Of a stretch of DNA of 64,000 nucleotides, positions 29,038 to 38,661 are shown one piece after another. Under the pieces are notes generated by a model. That model did no database searches and was not told where the DNA came from. It saw only the letters and a list, made by a program, of their open reading frames with translations. This stretch comes from Thermovirgaceae bacterium. GTDB lineage: Bacteria; Synergistota; Synergistia; Synergistales; Thermovirgaceae. Each line of letters begins with the position of its first letter. Within the stretch, counting starts at the first letter, position 1. The position numbers and the translations under genes are program-made. The DNA lies in contig JAXGNU010000003.1 of the NCBI GenBank assembly GCA_040767805.1, positions 64,001-128,000 on the forward strand, given 5' to 3'.

Positions 29038-30252
29038 ATGTCGCTATACCGGATAGAAATCGAAAGCAGGAAGGACCTGGCCGACCTGGTCCGCGTCACC
29101 GGGGCCGACGAAAGGAGTTTATACTTTTTCGAGCGGAAAAGGAGGATGCTGGCCTTTTTCATCCCCGAGGTTGACTTCAGGGCGGCCAACGCTCTCAAGC
29201 AGGAACTACTTTCCCGGGGCGGTGACGCGATCGTCCACAGGGGCGCCATAGCGGCGTCGGTCCCCAGGTCCAGCGTGGTGATCCTGGGAACCCTCAAGAC
29301 CCTGGAAGACCTCTCGGTCAAGTTGAGATCGATGCCCTACTGGGGGCTGGACGTCGTTAAAGACCAACTCCTGCGGGCCCTCTCATCTCTCGGCGTTCAA
29401 CGATGGACCCTGAAGCTGCCTGGCCGGGACGACCTCGAGTTGGGTGGTCATACAAAGGTGATGGGCGCGATAAACATCACCACTGATTCTTTTTACCCCG
29501 GGAGCAGGGTCGAGGGGACCGGCGGCTGTGTCGAGGCAGCCCTTCGAATGCACGAGGAGGGCGCTGATATCATCGACATCGGGGCGGAGTCGACACGGCC
29601 CGGTTCGAGGCCGCTCAGCCAGGAGGAGGAAGCCCGCCGCCTGGTCCCGGCCATCGAGACGGTCAGGAGGGAGCTGCCGCAGGTTTTGATCTCCGCCGAT
29701 ACCTTCCGGTCGGAGACCGCCAGGGCCGCCCTTGATTCCGGGGCCGATATCATCAACGACATCTCGGGGGGGGCCTTTGACGGGGGAATGTTCCCCCTGC
29801 TGGCGAAAAGGGGGAACCCCATGATCATCATGCACGCCAGGGATGTACCCGGGGGGATGCACCACCCCGTGGTTTACGGGGATATAATCGGCGAGATAAT
29901 TTCATTCTTTTCCTGGAGGTTGGATGAGGCGGAAAAAGCAGGCCTGAGCCGGGACCAGGTGATACTGGACCCCGGCATGGGCTTTTCCAAGAACGCCGCC
30001 CAGAACCTGCAGATACTCAAGGGGGTGGTCTCCTTCACCACCCTGGGTCGGCCCCTTCTCGTGGGGCACTCCCGCAAGAGCACCATCGGTAAGGTCCTAG
30101 GCCTGGAAGACCCCGCCGACAGGATCGCCGGCACCCTCGCCCTTTCGGCCTACTGCGCCATGAAGGAGGTCCCGCTGGTAAGGGTGCATGACGTGGGGGA
30201 AAACAAGAGGGCCGTAAGGATAATCGAGGCCCTTAGAGAGGAAGGGTTCTGA
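29038..30252 (+). CDS. folP: Dihydropteroate synthase with an N-terminal extension of about 130 aa
   Basis: NITTDSF, IGAESTRPG, INDISG, LDPGMGF, GHSRKS, RVHDV. Confidence 0.95.
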   Translation: MSLYRIEIESRKDLADLVRVTGADERSLYFFERKRRMLAFFIPEVDFRAANALKQELLSRGGDAIVHRGAIAASVPRSSVVILGTLKTLEDLSVKLRSMPYWGLDVVKDQLLRALSSLGVQRWTLKLPGRDDLELGGHTKVMGAINITTDSFYPGSRVEGTGGCVEAALRMHEEGADIIDIGAESTRPGSRPLSQEEEARRLVPAIETVRRELPQVLISADTFRSETARAALDSGADIINDISGGAFDGGMFPLLAKRGNPMIIMHARDVPGGMHHPVVYGDIIGEIISFFSWRLDEAEKAGLSRDQVILDPGMGFSKNAAQNLQILKGVVSFTTLGRPLLVGHSRKSTIGKVLGLEDPADRIAGTLALSAYCAMKEVPLVRVHDVGENKRAVRIIEALREEGF

Positions 30253-30734
30253 TGCTCGCCGGAATCTCCCTCGGGAGCAACATGGGCGACAGGCTGGGTT
30301 CCCTCCGGCAGGCGTCGCAGATGATAAGGTGCATGGGTATAGTGATCCTGGCGGCCAGCGACGTTTTCGAGACACCTCCCTGGGGGGTACGGGAGCAACC
30401 CTGGTTTCTCAACGCCTGCCTCCTAGTGGATACCCTCGACTCGCCCAGGGAACTCCTTTCCAAATTGCAGGAGGTCGAGAACAGGCTGGGACGGGTTTCG
30501 CGATTCCGTTGGGGCCCGAGGGAGATCGACCTGGACCTCCTCTTCATGGACGGACTCACCATGAATGAAAAGGACTTGGTCTTGCCTCACCCGGAGATGC
30601 ACAACCGGTCCTTCGTCCTGGTGCCCCTCAACCAGGTGGCCCCCGGGTGGGTCCACCCGCTCCTGCACAGTAGTGTCAGCGAAATGGCCCGGCAGGTCCC
30701 GGGTGAAGACCTGCTCAGGATCACGGCCCTTTAG
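30252..30734 (+). CDS. folK: 6-hydroxymethyl-7,8-dihydropterin pyrophosphokinase
   Basis: SLGSNMG, FLNA, RWGPREIDLDLL, LPHP, RSFVLVPL. Confidence 0.97.
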   Translation: MLAGISLGSNMGDRLGSLRQASQMIRCMGIVILAASDVFETPPWGVREQPWFLNACLLVDTLDSPRELLSKLQEVENRLGRVSRFRWGPREIDLDLLFMDGLTMNEKDLVLPHPEMHNRSFVLVPLNQVAPGWVHPLLHSSVSEMARQVPGEDLLRITAL

Positions 30735-30756
30735 ACCCGGGACTTCCAGAGGAGTG

Positions 30757-31530
30757 ATGCTTTTGTCCTTCCGCAAACCGGGAAGCATACATCTTGTCAG
30801 GCTGGTGGCGGCCTCCCTCGCGCTGACCCTTTGCCTTTTGTTCTCTTCTTCACCGGCGGCCGCGCAGCACCTGAAAGTACTCTCCGTCCCGGGGCACCCC
30901 CTGAGCTTGGTCCTGGAGACCAGCGAAGGCGTGATCTCCTCGGCGCTCCTCCGCTCCCCCGCCGGGATACAGAAGATCCTCCCCCTCGAGGGTTTCGTCT
31001 ACGCCGGGGAGACCTTCGCCGAGCCCTACGCCGACGGCGATATCAGGAAGGACCTCCTCTGGACTATCACTTTTACGAGGCCCGGCGACCGCTCGAGGGG
31101 AATGTACCTCTGGATAGGGCTCACCACTCTCATTCCCAGGGCCTGGGTCATAATCAGCCCCCTGGGGCAGACCTACTGGGATACGATCCCGATGAAGGTC
31201 TACGCCCCCAGGGGTACGGCACTCTTCGTCTCGCCCAACCTGCCGGCCTACGGCGACCTGCCCCAGTTCGGCGGCAACAGGACCCTTACCTTCGTGTACA
31301 CCATCGCCCTTACCCCCGAGGGCCCGAACTTCCTTCCCGTGCCCGAGGTCTATCGCCAGCTTTATACCATCACGGCGACCATCAGGGACGCTGAACAGGT
31401 TCCCGAACGCCGGGAAGCCTACTCCAGGCTTCTCGAGGATTACGAGACCCTTGCGCGGGGAGGAAAGCCATCCACGGAAGTGATCCAGAACTTCACCTGG
31501 AAGCGCATTCTCTGCCTGGACTGGAGATGA
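30757..31530 (+). CDS. Hypothetical exported protein
   Basis: Signal peptide ending PAAA, natural protein-like composition, GGAG before the ATG; no recognised motif. Confidence 0.7.
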   Translation: MLLSFRKPGSIHLVRLVAASLALTLCLLFSSSPAAAQHLKVLSVPGHPLSLVLETSEGVISSALLRSPAGIQKILPLEGFVYAGETFAEPYADGDIRKDLLWTITFTRPGDRSRGMYLWIGLTTLIPRAWVIISPLGQTYWDTIPMKVYAPRGTALFVSPNLPAYGDLPQFGGNRTLTFVYTIALTPEGPNFLPVPEVYRQLYTITATIRDAEQVPERREAYSRLLEDYETLARGGKPSTEVIQNFTWKRILCLDWR

Positions 31531-31562
31531 AACCAAGGGGCGGGGATGTCCCCGCCCCGGCG

Positions 31563-32423
31563 CTACCTGAACGAGGCCAGGAGGTCCTTGATCCTTTCCG
31601 GTCCGTAGACCCTCCGGTAAAGAGGGGTGTCATCCTCGTAGTAACAGCCCATGGAATCCTCGAAAGTGGGCCTTCCCTCGACCTTGTAAAGGACTCCCAG
31701 CGGGTAGGGCGGACCTTCCAGTGCCCGTTCCATGGCGGCCATCCTGTCCGTAGGGTCATGGTCGACCGGGAGGTCAAAGGTGTTCGCCTTGAACCACGCG
31801 TAGGTGTTGACCTTGTTGAAGGTCACGCAGGGCTGGAAGATGTCCACCAGGGCGTAACCCTTGTGAAGTATGGCCTCCTTCATGATCCCCACCGTCTGAT
31901 CGATGTTGGCCGAGTAGGCCCTCGCCACGAAGGAGGCCCCCAGGGCGACGGCGACGGCCACGGGGTTGAAGGGTTCGGAGAAGACCCCGTCCACCTGGAC
32001 CGGTGTCTTGAAACCCACGGCGCTGGTCGGTGAGGCTTGCCCCTTGGTGAGACCGTAGACCATGTTGTTATGGGCTATGTTCGTGATGTCTGGGTTTCTG
32101 CGGATGGTGTGGACGAAGTGATTCCCCCCCTCGCCGTACATGTCGCCGTCACCGCCGATGGCGATCACGGTCAGCGCCCGGTTCGCCACCTTCATGCCCG
32201 TGGCATTCGATATCGATCGGCCGTGCAGCCCGTTGAAAAAATTGCCCTTCATGAAATGGGGCGTCTTGGCTGCCTGCCCTATCCCCGAAAAGAGGACCAC
32301 CTTTTCAGGGGGGAGTTCAAGCCCGGCAAGGGCTTTTTTCAAGGCTTCCAGGATTTGGAAATCCCCGCAACCGGGGCACCACTGGTTATCTATCCCTTCC
32401 AGGTCGTAGATACGGTGATCCAT
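31563..32423 (-). CDS. 2-oxoacid:ferredoxin oxidoreductase beta subunit
   Basis: [37 protein letters not shown]. Confidence 0.95.
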   Translation of the reverse strand: MDHRIYDLEGIDNQWCPGCGDFQILEALKKALAGLELPPEKVVLFSGIGQAAKTPHFMKGNFFNGLHGRSISNATGMKVANRALTVIAIGGDGDMYGEGGNHFVHTIRRNPDITNIAHNNMVYGLTKGQASPTSAVGFKTPVQVDGVFSEPFNPVAVAVALGASFVARAYSANIDQTVGIMKEAILHKGYALVDIFQPCVTFNKVNTYAWFKANTFDLPVDHDPTDRMAAMERALEGPPYPLGVLYKVEGRPTFEDSMGCYYEDDTPLYRRVYGPERIKDLLASFR

Positions 32424-32435
32424 CGAAAACACCCC

Positions 32436-34163
32436 CTATCGGAGCAGCTCAAGGAGCTTCGCGGCCACGGTCTCGACGGGGACCTGCAGACCGCTGTACC
32501 ACAGGACGCGCTCCTCGATGAGGAAGCCCGTCTCTTTCCTCACCAGGTCGGCGAATTGACCGGTGGCGTTGCCCTCGACGGCGATGACCCTTTCGGCCTT
32601 CTCCAGGTAAGCCCGGGTCCCCGGGTGGAGGGGGAACACCTGGTCAAAGTGGAGGTGGGCCGTTCCTTCCAGGTCCGCCTTCTCAAGGGCCTCCTCGACG
32701 ATGTGATACAGGGAACCCCAGGTCACCACCAGGTTCTTGTAGTCCCCGGGCCCGGTCATCGTGGGCTCGATAACTCTCCCCAGGATGCCCTTCCTCTTCC
32801 GGAGCCGCTTGTCCACCATCCGGCGGCGGAGTTCGAAATCCTCCTGCACGTGACCCACCTCGTCGTGCTCGTGGCTGTCGGTCCCCACGATCCCCCCGCC
32901 GAAACCGGGGACGCTCCTGGGCGAGACGCCGCTCTCGGTGACTTCGTACCTCCGGTAGTCCTCTCCCGACTCCACGAGGAACCTCTGGACCTCCAGGCCA
33001 CTGGTGTCGAACTCCGGTAAGTTGTAGAAGGAGTTCAGGAAGTACTGGTCCGTGAGGATGAACACGGGGACCTGGAACTCGTCGGCCAGGTTGAAGGCGT
33101 CAAAGGTCAGCCGGAAGGCCCTTTCCAGGCTTCCCGGGGCGAAGACCGCCCTGGGGACGTCGCCATGGCCGCAGTAAACCGCCAGGTTAAGGTCGCCCTG
33201 CTCGGTCCTCGTGGCCATGCCCGTCGCGGGGCCGGGCCGCTGGCCAATGTGAAGGACGACGGGAAGTTCCGTGATGCCCGCCAGGCTCACCCCCTCCCCC
33301 ATCAACGAAAGGCCGCCGCCGGAGGTGCTCACCATGCTCCTGGCCCCACCATAGGAGGCGCCCAGGGCCATGTTTATGGCGGCTATCTCGTCCTCCGCCT
33401 GCTCCACGGCGACGGCATGGCTCCGGGCGTGCCTCGCCAGGTAGGTCAGCACTCCCGTGGCCGGAGACATCGGGTAGGAGGACATGAAATCACAGCCCCC
33501 GGCGAGGGCCCCCAGGGAGACCGCGTCGGACCCGTTCATCATCATCTCCCCGACGGCCCCTTTTCTCCTGGGGATGTCGACGGAAACCCCCTTCGAAGCC
33601 ACCAGTTCCCTGAAAAGCCCCATACCCTTCTCAAAAGCCGAAAGGTTGTTCTTCACGACCTGTTCGGACTTGGCGATAAACCTTTCTCTCAGCAGTCCTT
33701 CCGGTATTTCGGGCGGCACCTCCAGGAGTCCCGCCAGGAGTCCCGCCGCCACGATCCCGGTGTAGACGGGGCCTCCCGCCTCACGGCCCTTCTCCATCAG
33801 CGGCACGTTCAAAAAAGTGCCGCCCCTGTCGGCCAGTTCGTCCTTTATCTCCGCGGCATCCCCCAGGATGAGCGTCTCCGGGGTGATCCGTTCCCTAATG
33901 TTCGCCCTTATGCCGCCGTTCAGCGGGAGCAGGATGTTCATCCTGTCGACGAGGGCCCTCACTCTCTTGGAGGAAACCCGTATCTCCGTGGAATTGCTCC
34001 CGCCCCTGACCCTGGACATGTACTCCCTGCTCGCGAACACGTGGTAACCGGCTTTCCGGAACGAATCGACCAGGATCTCCTCGAGGGTCTGGACGCCCTG
34101 GCCGGCCGCCCCGCACAAAACCAACGACAGGTCGCTGTTTCCTTTCGAGGGGAATCGGAACAT
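32436..34163 (-). CDS. 2-oxoacid:acceptor oxidoreductase alpha subunit (gamma-alpha fusion)
   Basis: GAAGQGV, SRVRGG, YPMSPA, QAEDEIAA, TSGGG, QRPGPATG, VEGN.TGQ. Confidence 0.95.
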   Translation of the reverse strand: MFRFPSKGNSDLSLVLCGAAGQGVQTLEEILVDSFRKAGYHVFASREYMSRVRGGSNSTEIRVSSKRVRALVDRMNILLPLNGGIRANIRERITPETLILGDAAEIKDELADRGGTFLNVPLMEKGREAGGPVYTGIVAAGLLAGLLEVPPEIPEGLLRERFIAKSEQVVKNNLSAFEKGMGLFRELVASKGVSVDIPRRKGAVGEMMMNGSDAVSLGALAGGCDFMSSYPMSPATGVLTYLARHARSHAVAVEQAEDEIAAINMALGASYGGARSMVSTSGGGLSLMGEGVSLAGITELPVVLHIGQRPGPATGMATRTEQGDLNLAVYCGHGDVPRAVFAPGSLERAFRLTFDAFNLADEFQVPVFILTDQYFLNSFYNLPEFDTSGLEVQRFLVESGEDYRRYEVTESGVSPRSVPGFGGGIVGTDSHEHDEVGHVQEDFELRRRMVDKRLRKRKGILGRVIEPTMTGPGDYKNLVVTWGSLYHIVEEALEKADLEGTAHLHFDQVFPLHPGTRAYLEKAERVIAVEGNATGQFADLVRKETGFLIEERVLWYSGLQVPVETVAAKLLELLR

Positions 34164-34231
34164 CTTATCTCCTCCCTATTCCAGGAGGGGGCAAAGCCCG
34201 TCCTGTTCATTCGGCCAACACTCTGACAGTA

Positions 34232-34256
34232 AAGGCCCACCGCCGGGGTGGGCCTT
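34232..34256 (-). terminator. Terminator after copA-copZ
   Basis: AAGGCCCACC...GGTGGGCCTT inverted repeat. Confidence 0.6.
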
Positions 34257-34260
34257 CATT

Positions 34261-34464
34261 TCAGTTCTCGGGCGTGACGGGGTACCCGGCCTCTTCAAGG
34301 GCCTGGACGACCCTCTCTTCAAGGGGCGAACTTGAGAAAATCTTCTTCTCCTCCAGGGAAACCTCAAAGTCGCTCACCCCCATCGACTCCAGGACCCCGG
34401 TTATCCTCTTTACGCAATGGCCGCAGGACATGTCCGGTACCTTGTAGGAATACTCCCTGCCCAC
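34261..34464 (-). CDS. copZ: Copper chaperone (HMA domain)
   Basis: DMSCGHC, ALEEAGY; immediately downstream of the copper ATPase. Confidence 0.88.
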   Translation of the reverse strand: MGREYSYKVPDMSCGHCVKRITGVLESMGVSDFEVSLEEKKIFSSSPLEERVVQALEEAGYPVTPEN

Positions 34465-36654
34465 TCAGATCTCCCCCTTTCTTATGGTCAGCGAATTCAG
34501 CACCACCGAGATCGAGCTGAAGGCCATGGCGGTCTCGGCGATCGCGGGGTGAAGGAGCCCGGCCATGGCCACCGGTATGGCAATGATATTGTACAGAAAG
34601 GCCCAGAAGAGGTTCCTGGTGATGACCTTGAAGGTCCGTTCCGATATCTTGATGCTCTCCAGGGCTTTCGACAAGCCGCCGCTCATGACCACGATGTCGG
34701 CGCTGTCGATGGCCAGGTCCATCCCGGAGCCGATGGCCATCCCGATATCGGCTCCCTTGAGGGCCGCCGCGTCGTTGATGCCGTCGCCTATCATGAGAAC
34801 CTTCTTGCCCTGGGCCTGATAGGTCCTCACGATATCGAGCTTGTCCTCGGGCCTCACACCCGAAAGGACCTCGGTGATGCCCACCTGTCGGGCCACGGCC
34901 CTGGCGGTCACCTCGTTGTCGCCGGTCACCATGACCGGCAGGAGCCCCAGGGCCTTCATCCCCTCCACGGCGGCGGGCGAGTCGTCCCTTATCTTATCCT
35001 CTATGGCGAAGAAACCCGCCGGGACCCCTTCCCGGTCGACCTCGACCACGGTTTTGCCGGCCTCGAGGTAACCGGAATAGGCATCGTAGGAGGCCGGTTT
35101 ACCTACCTCGTACCTGGTGCCGTTGACCACCCCGCTGACCCCCTTGCCGGCGATCTCTTCCATATCCTCTACCGCGGGAAGGTCTTCGCCGGCGGAAGCC
35201 GTGATCGCCTTGGCCAGGGGGTGACCCGAGTTCTTCTCGATGGCGGCGGCGGCGGCTAGGTCCTCGGGGGAAAGGTTGTGAAAGGTCACCGAAGGGTTGC
35301 CCTCGGTCATGGTGCCCGTCTTGTCCATCAGGATGACCCCTATGTCCTTGGTCGTCTGGATGGCCTCGGCGTTCCTGATCAGGAGCCCCCGCTTAGTCGC
35401 CAGGCCCGTCCCAGCCACGAGCGCCATGGGTGTCGCCAGCCCCAGGGCGCAGGGGCAGGCGATGACCATGGTGGCCACGAAGACGAAGACGGCGAAGGAA
35501 AGCCTGCTCTCCGTCACCAGGACCCAGGGGAAGTAAGCCCTCGCCGAAGAGACGAGGGGGTAAAACCGGTCGAAAAAGAAATACCAAAGGACCCCGGCGG
35601 TTACGGCGAGGGCCGTGACGACGGGGACGAACACCCTCGTGACGGCGTCGGCCAGCGCCTGGATCGGTATCTTGGAACCCTGGGCCTCCTGCACGAGGGA
35701 GACCATTTTCGAGAGGAAGGTATCCTCGCCGGTCCTGGTCACGGCGATGAGCATCTCGCCGGTCAGGTTCAACGACCCCCCCGTTACCGATGCGCCCTTC
35801 TCCTTGAGGACGGGGATCGGCTCCCCCGTTATCATCGATTCATCCACGGAAGAGCGCCCCGAAAGGACCTCGCCATCGACGGGCACTCTGTCGCCGGGCC
35901 CGACCTTGACGGTCATACCCTTCACGACGGCCTCGATGGGCACCCGGACCTCCTTGCCGTCGATGACGGCCCTGGCCTCGACGGCCCTCAGCTTGAGGAG
36001 ATTCTTGATCTCCTTGGCCGCCTTGTCCCTGAGGGAGGATTCGATGAACCTCCCCGAAATGTGGAGGGCCACGATCATCGCGCCGATGCTCCCGAAGGAG
36101 GCTATGGGGACTCCCAGCACGTGCAGCAGGGTCGTGGCCCACGCGGAGGCCGCCCCCACCGATATGAGGGTGTCCATGTTCGTGTGGAAGTGGGTCACGG
36201 CGATCCAGGCTCCCTTTATGCTCCCCCTGCCCACGTAGAAGACGACGAAGCCCGCCGCCGCCAGTTCAAGGGCGGGGAACCAGGGGAGGTGGTAACCGGC
36301 CATGTGAAAAAGCATCAGCACCATCAGGGGTACGGTCACCACCAGGGCCAGGAACAGGTTCCTCCTTGAGCTGAGATACCTGGCCCGGTCGATCTCCTCG
36401 GGCAGTTCATCGGAGACGCCGTAGCCCACCTTTTCGACCGCTTTTTGCAGGTCCTCCCAGGTAACGTTCTCGTCATGCACCACCAGGGCGGTCTCCGTCG
36501 CGAGGTTGACGGCGGCGAAGTCCACTCCCTCTACCTTTCGCAGGGACCTTTCAACGGCCCCGGAGCAGGCCGCGCAGGTCATCCCGGTTATCCTGAGGGT
36601 GGTTTTTTCTTGACCGTTCTTATCCTTGCTCTTGTTCTCCTTTTCATCCATCAT
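34465..36654 (-). CDS. copA: Copper-translocating P1B-type ATPase
   Basis: GMTCAAC, TGE, CPCALGLA, DKTGT, HP, GDGIND, plus YN and MAFSS Cu(I) signatures. Confidence 0.93.
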   Translation of the reverse strand: MMDEKENKSKDKNGQEKTTLRITGMTCAACSGAVERSLRKVEGVDFAAVNLATETALVVHDENVTWEDLQKAVEKVGYGVSDELPEEIDRARYLSSRRNLFLALVVTVPLMVLMLFHMAGYHLPWFPALELAAAGFVVFYVGRGSIKGAWIAVTHFHTNMDTLISVGAASAWATTLLHVLGVPIASFGSIGAMIVALHISGRFIESSLRDKAAKEIKNLLKLRAVEARAVIDGKEVRVPIEAVVKGMTVKVGPGDRVPVDGEVLSGRSSVDESMITGEPIPVLKEKGASVTGGSLNLTGEMLIAVTRTGEDTFLSKMVSLVQEAQGSKIPIQALADAVTRVFVPVVTALAVTAGVLWYFFFDRFYPLVSSARAYFPWVLVTESRLSFAVFVFVATMVIACPCALGLATPMALVAGTGLATKRGLLIRNAEAIQTTKDIGVILMDKTGTMTEGNPSVTFHNLSPEDLAAAAAIEKNSGHPLAKAITASAGEDLPAVEDMEEIAGKGVSGVVNGTRYEVGKPASYDAYSGYLEAGKTVVEVDREGVPAGFFAIEDKIRDDSPAAVEGMKALGLLPVMVTGDNEVTARAVARQVGITEVLSGVRPEDKLDIVRTYQAQGKKVLMIGDGINDAAALKGADIGMAIGSGMDLAIDSADIVVMSGGLSKALESIKISERTFKVITRNLFWAFLYNIIAIPVAMAGLLHPAIAETAMAFSSISVVLNSLTIRKGEI

Positions 36655-36697
36655 AAGCGACCTCCCGTCGCGGACTCTCACTTCGGTTATTGCGACC

Positions 36698-36727
36698 AGT
36701 ATACCCTTCATGGTATATTTATCGCAA
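36698..36727 (-). promoter_or_regulatory. copA promoter with overlapping CsoR-type operator
   Basis: TTGCGA-N18-TATACT on the minus strand; palindrome TATACC-N6-GGTATA at 36700-36717. Confidence 0.7.
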
Positions 36728-36763
36728 GTGGCCATCATTATTCGGCCGAAACCTGGAGGGGCC

Positions 36764-37255
36764 ATGAATTATAAAAAGATCGCTGGTTACCTGGTACTTT
36801 TATTTGCTTTCGTCGGACTGGCCCGCGCGGGCCTTGACATCTACGGTGACCTTGCCCTGGGCGGGAACAGCAGCGCCGAGGCCGTAATCACCGGTGAAGC
36901 CCGGCCGCCCGAGGGCCCCGGTGAACTGGTCATTTACTTCTTCGAGGGGAATACCCCCTGCTCCGTCTGCGACAAGATCAGGGGGATGACGCTGGACCTG
37001 GTGAAGTCCGACCCCGAGCGATTGTCGCCCTTTTCCTTCCGGGACGTGAACGTGGAGGAAAAGGGTAACGAAAAGTATGTACTGGAATTGGGGCTCTTTT
37101 CCACTTCCGTCGTCCTCGCCCAGGAGTCGGGGGGAAAAATATACCGTTGGAAAAACCTGACCGGCGTCTGGGACCTGGCAGCGGACCCTGGGGCTTTCAG
37201 GGACTACATGCTCCGGGAGATCGACTCCTTCCTATCGGGGGGTGAAACCCGGTGA
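36764..37255 (+). CDS. Exported thioredoxin-like CxxC protein (ArsF-like family)
   Basis: N-terminal hydrophobic segment, VIYFF...PCSVC, VNVEEKGN, WKNL..VW. Confidence 0.7.
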   Translation: MNYKKIAGYLVLLFAFVGLARAGLDIYGDLALGGNSSAEAVITGEARPPEGPGELVIYFFEGNTPCSVCDKIRGMTLDLVKSDPERLSPFSFRDVNVEEKGNEKYVLELGLFSTSVVLAQESGGKIYRWKNLTGVWDLAADPGAFRDYMLREIDSFLSGGETR

Positions 37256-37932
37256 GCATCCTGACGGCCCTTTCAGCCCTTTGGCTGGGTGTACTGGCCT
37301 CGGTCAGCCCCTGCCCTCTTGCCGCGAACCTGGCGGCCTTCTCCTTCATCCAGAAGGAGGGGCTCTCCCCCCGCAGGGTGCTCCTGTCGGGGAGCCTCTA
37401 CTCCGCCGGGCGCACGGTGACCTTCGCCGCTGCCGGGGTGGTCGTGATATCGGGGCTCATGGCCGTTCCCGAGGTGTCCCTTTTCATGCAGCACCACATG
37501 AACAGGCTCATCGGGCCCATACTCCTGATCGTGGGCGTCTTCGTGCTGGACCTGATCGAGGTGAGGGGAAGGAAGACCATCGCTGAAAGGGTATCCTCCG
37601 GCGCTCCCTTTCGAGGCGCGACCGGGGCCTTCCTCATGGGTGTGCTCTTCGCCCTGGCCATCTGTCCCGTCTCGGCGGCCCTTTTCTTCGGCGGCCTCAT
37701 CCCGTTGGCCGCTGAAAAGGGTTCCCGGGTGATTCTCCCCGCCCTTTTCGGCCTCGGGAGCGGTCTGCCGGTGACGGTTCTTTCCTTCGTTTTTTCCATG
37801 GGGGCCAGGGCCGTATCGCGGAGCATGGGCGCCGTCTACAACCTGCAGAAGATCATCCAGGCGGCTTCGGGGGTGGTCCTGATCCTGATCGGCCTCTACT
37901 TCTCGCTGACCTCCACCTTCGGACTCCTTTGA
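37252..37932 (+). CDS. CcdA/DsbD-beta-like membrane protein (ArsG-like family)
   Basis: About six TM segments with SPCPLA and FALAICP.S cysteine motifs; GTGA overlap with the upstream gene. Confidence 0.75.
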   Translation: MSILTALSALWLGVLASVSPCPLAANLAAFSFIQKEGLSPRRVLLSGSLYSAGRTVTFAAAGVVVISGLMAVPEVSLFMQHHMNRLIGPILLIVGVFVLDLIEVRGRKTIAERVSSGAPFRGATGAFLMGVLFALAICPVSAALFFGGLIPLAAEKGSRVILPALFGLGSGLPVTVLSFVFSMGARAVSRSMGAVYNLQKIIQAASGVVLILIGLYFSLTSTFGLL

Positions 37933-37947
37933 GGGGGACTTTTGTTC

Positions 37948-37976
37948 TTGTCTGTAGACCTCGGCCCGGTTATAAT
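37948..37976 (+). promoter_or_regulatory. Sigma70-type promoter of the small zinc-ribbon gene
   Basis: TTGTCT-N17-TATAAT. Confidence 0.7.
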
Positions 37977-38026
37977 AAGGCAGCAAGTCAGGCTACGCTT
38001 ACGATGACGCAGGGAGGTGCAGGCCA

Positions 38027-38200
38027 GTGAGGAAGTACCGATGTCTCCACTGCCGCCATGAGTTCGAGGTGGAGGACCTTTCCGCGGGTCTTAAGTGTCC
38101 CAAGTGTTTCAACCGCTTTGTCCAGCTCATAGAGGGCGAGTCCGTCAAGGGAAAGTCTTGGGGAAGCAAGAGTTTCAGCGTCCCCAAGATGAGTGACTGA
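38027..38200 (+). CDS. Small zinc-ribbon protein (57 aa, absent from the ORF track)
   Basis: GGGAGG RBS and GTG start; MRKYRCLHCRHEFEVEDLSAGLKCPKCFNRFVQLIEGESVKGKSWGSKSFSVPKMSD. Confidence 0.85.
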   Translation: MRKYRCLHCRHEFEVEDLSAGLKCPKCFNRFVQLIEGESVKGKSWGSKSFSVPKMSD

Positions 38201-38232
38201 TCGAAAGACCCGTGTCCTTCCTCAAAACAGAA

Positions 38233-38266
38233 AAGGGGGCTTGGTGGACTCGGCCCCCTTCTTTTT
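38233..38266 (+). terminator. Intrinsic terminator after the zinc-ribbon gene
   Basis: AAGGGGGC...GCCCCCTT followed by CTTTTT. Confidence 0.75.
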
Positions 38267-38542
38267 CACCCCGAAAGCCCGTGTTCTGAAAGCATCCCCT
38301 GAGCGGCATACTTTTAGCCCTGTCCCGTCACCATGATTGGGGACTTGTTCTCCCTTCACAGGCAAGTCAGAGGCGGCGTGAATAAAATGGTTGCGTCCCC
38401 GCCTGCCTGATGGACAACCTGATGTCACCCTCGTTCTTCATGGGATACATTCTCTAACAAAACCCTGGGGGGGATGACATTTCCCCCTTCTCAAGAGAGG
38501 GAGACCTTGTTCCTGTCCGGCCACACACCTTGCACGGGTGCC

Positions 38543-38572
38543 TTGCAAAAATATTCTCCTTGCGGATATAAT
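38543..38572 (+). promoter_or_regulatory. Promoter of tRNA-Val
   Basis: TTGCAA-N18-TATAAT, 14 nt before the tRNA. Confidence 0.65.
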
Positions 38573-38586
38573 GACCCGTGGCTTTC

Positions 38587-38661
38587 GGGCGACTAGCTCA
38601 GCGGAAGAGCGCTTCCCTCACACGGAAGAGGTCACAGGTTCGAACCCTGTGTCGCCCACCA
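38587..38661 (+). tRNA. tRNA-Val(CAC)
   Basis: Acceptor GGGCGAC/GTCGCCC, anticodon arm CTTCC-CT-CAC-AC-GGAAG, GGTTCGAACC, encoded CCA. Confidence 0.96.

Noticed and set aside
38267..38540. Possible integrated element or small gene next to tRNA-Val
   Set aside because: No integrase, no duplicated tRNA 3' end, and only short ORFs without support.
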